DNA of 64,000 nt, taken from the NCBI GenBank assembly GCA_025057395.1, contig JANWXU010000006.1, positions 592 to 64,591 on the forward strand. Reading direction: 5' to 3'. The position numbers and the translations under genes are program-made. The notes below the pieces were generated by a model. It was not told the DNA's origin, searched no databases, and saw only the letters and a list, made by a program, of their open reading frames with translations. This stretch comes from Bacteroidia bacterium. Its GTDB lineage: Bacteria > Bacteroidota > Bacteroidia > J057 > JANWXU01. Below, piece by piece: positions 57,716 through 64,000 of this stretch; position 1 is the first letter of the stretch; each line of letters begins with the position of its first letter.

Positions 57716-58354
57716 TCAATTATTATCACTTCGAATTCTATGAGGATTATTTTGGATAAACTGTTCCCACTTTTTAGTAGTATTACTCTTAGTGCCCTTT
57801 GTAGTCTTACTAAGCTTTTGAATTATAGTGGGAGAATCAAGAGAGGTAGAAATTCGATAATAGTGACATACGGCGCAAGCTAAAGCATCATATGCATCTA
57901 AAAAAGAATCACCATACTGAACCTGTGCCTCTGGAAATAAATTAGCAAGTACCCCAGCCACTTGAGCCTTAGAAGCATTGCCGTAACCACAAATGGCCTT
58001 CTTAACTTCACGAGGAGTATATTCAAAATATTCTAAATTATGAGCCAGGGCAGCAGCAATTACGATTCCTTGCATTCTGCCTAGCTTCAAAGTAGCTTGA
58101 ATGTTTTTCCCGTAAAAGGGAGATTCAATAGACAATAAGTTAGCATTAAACTCATGAATTAAATTAGAAATACGCATATAGACCTTATGTAATTTTTGCC
58201 CGTGTGAAAGTCCTTGTTTAGCAAGCAGCATAGCCCCTAACGTAAGAAGCTTAGGCTTCTTATTTTCTATTTGAATTAACGCATAGCCTGTTACTACCGT
58301 ACCAGGATCTACCCCTAGGATAATATTTTTTTTTCCCAAATTTATTTCCATCAA
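57716..58354 (-). CDS. ruvC: Holliday junction resolvase RuvC
   Basis: ILGVDPG, SIESPF, YTPREVKKAICGYGNASKAQV, DAYDALACAVCH. Confidence 0.95.
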   Translation of the reverse strand: MMEINLGKKNIILGVDPGTVVTGYALIQIENKKPKLLTLGAMLLAKQGLSHGQKLHKVYMRISNLIHEFNANLLSIESPFYGKNIQATLKLGRMQGIVIAAALAHNLEYFEYTPREVKKAICGYGNASKAQVAGVLANLFPEAQVQYGDSFLDAYDALACAVCHYYRISTSLDSPTIIQKLSKTTKGTKSNTTKKWEQFIQNNPHRIRSDNN

Positions 58355-61300
58355 GGAATTTTAAAACCAAAAACAGTTACATCATCTAGCTGTTCTCTAT
58401 CTTCTTTCCATTCTTTCCATTCCATGTTGAGCATAGCTCGCTGAGTAGCCATAGATTCGTGTTGGGTTCTTAGAATCAATTCTCGAAATCTTTTAGTAGA
58501 AAATCTTTTTTCCTCAGGTCCCCCAAATTGATCAACAAAACCATCCGTATACATATAAATTGCATCTCCTGAGTTTAGTTGAATAGTATGAGTTTGAAAA
58601 GTTCTTTCCCCTTCTAACTGCTCACCACCTATAGACCTTTTAGTTGGCTTAATTTCATGGATTTCCCAATCTTGATAGTAATAAAAAGGAAGATTAGCAC
58701 CGGCGTATAAAGCTACCTTTGTATCTAAATTAATAGTACAAACGGCTACATCCATACCATCTCGCGAGGTCGAACGCGATTCCTCATCGTCCTGTTTTAA
58801 AGCGGTTCTTACCCCTAAGTTCAAATGATAAAGTATCTCCCCCGGATGTAATATTCCTTTTTCATTTACTATTTGATTAAGAAGCAAATATCCAATAAGA
58901 GTTAAAAAAGCACCCGGCACGCCGTGCCCTGTTCCATCAGCCACCACAATTACTTTTTCGGGTCCGTGTGCAGCAAACCAATAGAAATCTCCTCCTACTC
59001 CGTCTCTTTGTCTATGCACAATAAAGTAGTTATCACTTCCTAAATTTGCCTCCAACATCTCTTTACTAGGAAGTATGTTATTTTGAATACGTTTAGCATA
59101 CTTAATGCTTTGCATCAAAGAAGCGGTTGTTTCTTCTAATTTATGTTTCTGCAACAAAACTTCCCTATTAGCCTCTTCTAGTTTGGCAAATGCTTCTTTC
59201 AGCTTATCTGATAATAGCCTTTCTTTTTGCTCAAGTACCAGTCCAATAGAATCCGCTAAGGAAGAAACAAAATTTTGTTCGTCCAGCGTCCAGTCTCTGT
59301 GACGTTCAGTTTGCTCAATACTTAATATTCCTACAGGCTTTGCCCCCAAACGGATAGAAGCATCTAGAATAGAAAAAATCTTAGAAGGTTTAAAGAGTGA
59401 AGCGGCTAGCTCTTTAGTACGAGGGTCATTGACAGCATCTCTAGCAGCTATAATTTTATCATGCTCGACGGTTCTAATGTAAATAGGATACATATCACGT
59501 TCTAGAACAGTGCCGGGCTGGTGAGCATGGTAGGGTGTGTTTTGAACCACTGTTTTGCAACGAAGTTTATTCGGCTCTTCATACATCCATATACTAGCTC
59601 TTGAGGCGTTGAGTACCTCTAGGCCAATTTTAGCAATCAAAGGGAAAGCCTCTTCGTCATTTCCTTCTTTAAATGCCGGGTGAGAAGTAAGTTCCAAAAG
59701 AGCAGATTGCTGTTTTTTCAAACGAAATTCTTGCTTCTTTTGCTCTGTGATATCAAAAAGTACGTTTATAGACTTAATAGGATATCCTTTTTCATCTAAA
59801 ACACAAGTATTGGTAACCATTACCCAAAAGTAATCTCCGTCTTTCGTACGCTTTTCCAGTTCCCCTTTCCAAATTTGTCCCTTTAAGATAGTGCGCCATT
59901 GGTCTTGATAAATTGTATCGGGCTGACGACCAGATTTAAGAATCGTATATCTTTTGCCAATTAGCTCTTCTCTCTTATAACCTGAGACACGTAAAAGTGC
60001 ATCATTAACGTAAATGATATTTCCTTCCATATCTGTTTCATATACCATGGAAGAATTATTGAGAGCATTAATATGTCCTTGTAATTCTAACTGGGCACGG
60101 CGCATCTGCTCATTGGTGTACTGCAAAGCGTAAGCACTCGACTGCAATAATTCTTCTTTATGTAAAGCATCGGCAAGGGCTGCGCGTATTTTTTCTTCTT
60201 GTTCTTTTTGATAGGTAATATCAAAACCTACTGCGATAAATTTAATAGGCTTGCCTTCTGTATTTAATACCGGGGTAATGGTCTGGGCCATCCACACAGG
60301 CTTTTTATCCTTGGTAAGATTTTTAATTTCCCCTTTCCAAACTTTACCCGCCGAGATGGTAGACCAAAGTTCTTGAAAAAATTCGGGCGGGTGGTGCCCG
60401 GAATTTACGATATTAGGTTTATTACCTAAAACCTCTTCCTTAGAAAACTTATATCTTGTTAAAAAACCTTCGTTTACGTAAATTATCCTTCCTTGTAAAT
60501 TAGTTTCTACAACTAACGCAGCGTTATTGAGAGCGCTAATTTGCCCCTTGAGCTCAATTTGAGTGCGGAGCATTTCCTCGTTAGTGGCTTCAATTTCTTC
60601 TGCACTTTGCCTCAGCTCTTCATCTAATGCTTGGCTCTCTTCTAGGGTTAGCCGCAATTCTTGTTCCAATACTTTTTTGTTTCCTTGCTCTAGAGCCAAA
60701 GATAAAATTTCGGCAACAGATAATAAGAAGTTTTGCTCATCAATAGCCCATTCTTTTTTTCTACCCGCATGTTCAATCATTATAAAGCCTGCAAGCATTT
60801 CACCTAAAAAGAACGGAGCTATTAAAATACTATGCACATTATTAGGAGAAAGGTAAGCAAGATTAAACTTTTTATCAAGTTGATTATCCTTGTTCACGTC
60901 TGTAATAGCTGCAACAGTAACATAGGGCAGCCATTCAAAAAAATCAGGATAATCAGTCCGCTTTAATTCAACCCCATCTGAATGATAAAGAGTAGCTCTT
61001 TCGTAAATATCAACACACTTAATAGTTTGTTTTCTATGCAGAAAAAGCCATATTCCTACTCGCTCCTCATCCAAGGCATAGGCAATAGCTTCTGTAATGC
61101 AGCGCAGAGCCTCCTTTACATTTCCCATTTTTAGGTCCTTATTCCGCATAAGCTCCTGCAAGGTAGCTTGCTGCTGCACTAAGCGATATTTGAGTTGTTT
61201 GGTACTCTCTACTATTTGCCTAGTATTTTCTAGTTCAATTAGGGTATTTTGGTGTTGCAAAGACAATTCTCTGAGCTCATTTTCCAAGGTAGATAGTTGC

Positions 61301-62601
61301 TTTTGAACTTGCTGTATTTCATTTACAAGGGCAGTAACTTCAGTAAAATAAATTAAGTAGTTACCATTTTGTAGCCTATTGTTATTCAGTAAAAAAAAGC
61401 GAGTCCCTTGATTGCCATCCCTTATCTCAAAGACGTTTTCTAGAGAGGGCGAAAGAATTTTTTCTTTTTTTTCTATATGACTTAATAATTGAGAAAAAGG
61501 AAATTGGTTCCAGCTATGAAATGCTAAGAGGTTTAGTAATTGAGCTTGCCAACGTACTAGCTGGCCCTGAGGAGTAACTTCAATAAACAAGTTCCCTTTT
61601 TCTTGGGCTAATTTATAGGCTTGTAGATCATTATGTAAATTTTCTAACTCTTCTTGAGCATTTTGGAACTTATGTTGTACTGCCCCTAGTTCACCTTCTA
61701 GTGCTTCAAGTTGTTGTTTATTTTTTTCCATATTTGCTTGAATATTCAAAATACTTAACGCTTGAGTTTCAGATAAGATATCAGCCTTAAATTCTGCCCT
61801 AGTATTACCCTTAGCTAAAAAAGCCAATACTCTATCTAATTCTTTATTTTCCTCTACTAAACGACTGATATGAATTGCAATGTTACGAAATTCACCCAAA
61901 AATTGAGAAGGCAATACAATTCTTTGGACTAAAGCTTCATGCAATTGGACTATTGGAGCAGCTAAATCTTTTTGCAAACTACTTCTAACATAAAAAAGAA
62001 TAATTCCCAAACCTAGCAGCCCTAGAAAAGGTACCAAAAAAACAGCTAATAAAGATATATCATCACTATAGAGCTCTTGTAATTGAGATTTTTGCAAAAG
62101 AATGAGTTCATCAATTAAACTGATAATATCTCCATAAAGAGGAAACGCCTGATCTTGCAAAATATCTAAGGCTTCTACAAATTGTTGTTCACTTTTTGCA
62201 GTATTTAGCGTTTGAATAAATGAAGCTCGTAATTTTTGTAAAGCTTCTAACTTATTAATAATCTTGATAAAAGAAATATTCTTTTCTAACCCTGGGTATA
62301 TTTCCTGCACTCTGCTCTGTAAGGAGGTTATAGAAATACCCTCTCGCTCGTATATGAGTTTGTATCCCGGAACATATGCCTTAAGTACTCTTGCCTGCAG
62401 ATAATTGAAATGGCTTTGTAAGTCTTTCTTTAGGTCTTCTAAAACCTGGATAGTTGGATAAATTCGATCAACGGCAATCAGCAGGTTTTCTCGTAAATGC
62501 CAGTAGTCAAAAAAAATAATTGTAGCCCATCCTATTACGTAAATAATAGGAATTAAAATTAGATTGGTAGCAATCTTTTGTATAGCATGCATACCTTGCA
62601 T
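58351..62601 (-). CDS. Membrane sensor PP2C/SpoIIE phosphatase with 2 TM, coiled coils, GAF-PAS-PAS-GAF
   Basis: Two TMs; two GAF domains; two PAS domains (WKGEIKN / WKGELEK); SIKYAKRIQ, VGGDFYW, VADGTGHGVPGA, DGMD, YTDGFVDQFGG, QLDDVT. Confidence 0.92.
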   Translation of the reverse strand: MQGMHAIQKIATNLILIPIIYVIGWATIIFFDYWHLRENLLIAVDRIYPTIQVLEDLKKDLQSHFNYLQARVLKAYVPGYKLIYEREGISITSLQSRVQEIYPGLEKNISFIKIINKLEALQKLRASFIQTLNTAKSEQQFVEALDILQDQAFPLYGDIISLIDELILLQKSQLQELYSDDISLLAVFLVPFLGLLGLGIILFYVRSSLQKDLAAPIVQLHEALVQRIVLPSQFLGEFRNIAIHISRLVEENKELDRVLAFLAKGNTRAEFKADILSETQALSILNIQANMEKNKQQLEALEGELGAVQHKFQNAQEELENLHNDLQAYKLAQEKGNLFIEVTPQGQLVRWQAQLLNLLAFHSWNQFPFSQLLSHIEKKEKILSPSLENVFEIRDGNQGTRFFLLNNNRLQNGNYLIYFTEVTALVNEIQQVQKQLSTLENELRELSLQHQNTLIELENTRQIVESTKQLKYRLVQQQATLQELMRNKDLKMGNVKEALRCITEAIAYALDEERVGIWLFLHRKQTIKCVDIYERATLYHSDGVELKRTDYPDFFEWLPYVTVAAITDVNKDNQLDKKFNLAYLSPNNVHSILIAPFFLGEMLAGFIMIEHAGRKKEWAIDEQNFLLSVAEILSLALEQGNKKVLEQELRLTLEESQALDEELRQSAEEIEATNEEMLRTQIELKGQISALNNAALVVETNLQGRIIYVNEGFLTRYKFSKEEVLGNKPNIVNSGHHPPEFFQELWSTISAGKVWKGEIKNLTKDKKPVWMAQTITPVLNTEGKPIKFIAVGFDITYQKEQEEKIRAALADALHKEELLQSSAYALQYTNEQMRRAQLELQGHINALNNSSMVYETDMEGNIIYVNDALLRVSGYKREELIGKRYTILKSGRQPDTIYQDQWRTILKGQIWKGELEKRTKDGDYFWVMVTNTCVLDEKGYPIKSINVLFDITEQKKQEFRLKKQQSALLELTSHPAFKEGNDEEAFPLIAKIGLEVLNASRASIWMYEEPNKLRCKTVVQNTPYHAHQPGTVLERDMYPIYIRTVEHDKIIAARDAVNDPRTKELAASLFKPSKIFSILDASIRLGAKPVGILSIEQTERHRDWTLDEQNFVSSLADSIGLVLEQKERLLSDKLKEAFAKLEEANREVLLQKHKLEETTASLMQSIKYAKRIQNNILPSKEMLEANLGSDNYFIVHRQRDGVGGDFYWFAAHGPEKVIVVADGTGHGVPGAFLTLIGYLLLNQIVNEKGILHPGEILYHLNLGVRTALKQDDEESRSTSRDGMDVAVCTINLDTKVALYAGANLPFYYYQDWEIHEIKPTKRSIGGEQLEGERTFQTHTIQLNSGDAIYMYTDGFVDQFGGPEEKRFSTKRFRELILRTQHESMATQRAMLNMEWKEWKEDREQLDDVTVFGFKIP

Positions 62602-62623
62602 ACATCCTAACCTTATCGTAATC

Positions 62624-62947
62624 TTAAGCGTTAAGGCAATTATCCATCCATTCTAAATAAGATTGATTTCCTTGAATAATAGGAAGAGCTATAATACAAG
62701 GCACCTTATAAGGATGTAACTCCTTCACCTTCTGCTCTAAGGAAGAAAACAAAGCTAATTTGCTTTTTACAAGTAATAATGCTTCTTTATCCTGCTGAAC
62801 TTTGTTTTCCCACCAGTAGCTCGATTGAATTTCAGAAACAATATTAATGCACGCAGCAAGTTTTTGTGCCACCAACTCATAACCAATTTTCTCGGCATTC
62901 TCTTTAGTAGGACAAGGAATATACACTATAATATACTCAATGTTCAT
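62624..62947 (-). CDS. cutA: Divalent-cation tolerance protein CutA
   Basis: KLAACINI, SSYWWE, LHPYKVPCII, YLEWM. Confidence 0.93.
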   Translation of the reverse strand: MNIEYIIVYIPCPTKENAEKIGYELVAQKLAACINIVSEIQSSYWWENKVQQDKEALLLVKSKLALFSSLEQKVKELHPYKVPCIIALPIIQGNQSYLEWMDNCLNA

Positions 62948-63170
62948 TTTATAAATTTTGCTTTATTATCCAAAGACTATGCTGAGTAACTATATTGACC
63001 GCATCTAGCTCCTTAAGATACATAGTAAGATACACAAAATCGCTCTAAAAAATAAACCTAAGAAATAAAATCGAGAGTAATAAGAATGTTTGGCTGATAG
63101 CAGAAATTATCGCTAGTTTAGCTGAAAAAACAACTGCTAAAAAGCTAAGAATTAACGGCTACCTTACTCA

Positions 63171-64000
63171 TTACTGAAAATGGGGCTTTCTCTTTTGCAT
63201 AAATGCAGATAGAGCCTCTTTAAAGTCAGAACTATCTAAAAAAGCCGCATTCCAGTTAGCCACAAAATTCATGCCCTCTAGAAAAGTATGTTCCTGAGCA
63301 TAATTGAGAACTTCTTTTATGCCCCTTAAAGTAATACTAGAATTTTGACTTACTTCGTATGCTAAGTACAAAGCTTCCTGAGGAAGTTCTTCACTATTGG
63401 CAATAATCATGTTTAAAAAACCCATTTCTTGCATCTCATGAGCTGCAAAGTCTCTCCCTGTAAAAGCCATCAACCGAGTATTCGTGTCTCCAATAATATA
63501 GGGCAATCGGCTTAAACTGCCCATATCTGCTACAATTGCCATTTTAGTTTCTCGAATCGAAAAAATAGCATCACTACTTGCAATTCGAAGGTCACAAACA
63601 GAAGCTAAATCTAAGCCTGCACCTAAGCAATACCCATGAATAGAAGCGATAAAAACAATAGGACTTTGATGAATAGCCAAAAAGCCTTTTTGCATTTGCC
63701 TTATTAAATGAAGCAGATTTTCGCGACCCTCAGCACTGTTTTGTTGAAAAATAGGTCCTAAGTGCTGCATCATATCATAAAAATCAATTCCTATTGAAAA
63801 GCACTTGCCAGCACCTTGAAAAATAGCTACTTTAATAGAATGCTTATGCTCATTCAAGTATTCTATTAGATGCGGTAAGCCTTGCCAAAAGTCCCAATTC
63901 ATTAAATTATTTTTTTCAGGACGATTAAGAGTAATAGTAGCTATTTTTTTTTCAGAATCTATATTTAACAAAAAAAATTTCTCAAAAATGTGGCTAACGT
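63171..64000 (-). CDS. Enoyl-CoA hydratase/isomerase (crotonase; dienoyl-CoA isomerase-like)
   Basis: ITLNRPEK.N, FSIGIDF, HGYCLGAGLDLASVCDLRIA, ETKMAIVADMG; frame is open from 63971 to the window edge, so the true start may lie outside. Confidence 0.9.
   Translation of the reverse strand, partial: VSHIFEKFFLLNIDSEKKIATITLNRPEKNNLMNWDFWQGLPHLIEYLNEHKHSIKVAIFQGAGKCFSIGIDFYDMMQHLGPIFQQNSAEGRENLLHLIRQMQKGFLAIHQSPIVFIASIHGYCLGAGLDLASVCDLRIASSDAIFSIRETKMAIVADMGSLSRLPYIIGDTNTRLMAFTGRDFAAHEMQEMGFLNMIIANSEELPQEALYLAYEVSQNSSITLRGIKEVLNYAQEHTFLEGMNFVANWNAAFLDSSDFKEALSAFMQKRKPHFQ

Overview
AT-rich Bacteroidota chromosomal segment, identified by type IX secretion (T9SS) C-terminal sorting domains, a TonB-dependent receptor and TAnnTTTG -7 promoter boxes. 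Housekeeping and metabolic genes (clpB, rarA, rpe, ruvC, cutA, SDR, FNR-2Fe2S reductase, PaaI, PAP2, crotonase, degenerate methylmalonyl-CoA mutase subunit) are interleaved with about 29-30 kb of secreted/T9SS cargo genes. These include a 4127-aa beta-helix protein with 32 Cys-paired Ig-like repeats and an expansin carrying a T9SS signal. The most intriguing locus is a tightly spaced co-oriented cluster (5948-11486, perhaps to 12979): large fold-type-I PLP amino-acid decarboxylase, ATP-grasp ligase, C45 Ntn-hydrolase, then a secreted ADA2-like deaminase. It looks like an uncharacterised 'make an amine, ligate it, release it' amide-conjugate system; this is inference and the substrates are unknown. 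A tandem TPR locus with an intact copy, a four-lesion pseudogene and a remnant is also present. I saw no rRNA, tRNA, CRISPR array, transposase or integrase. All family calls come from motif recognition by eye, not database searches.
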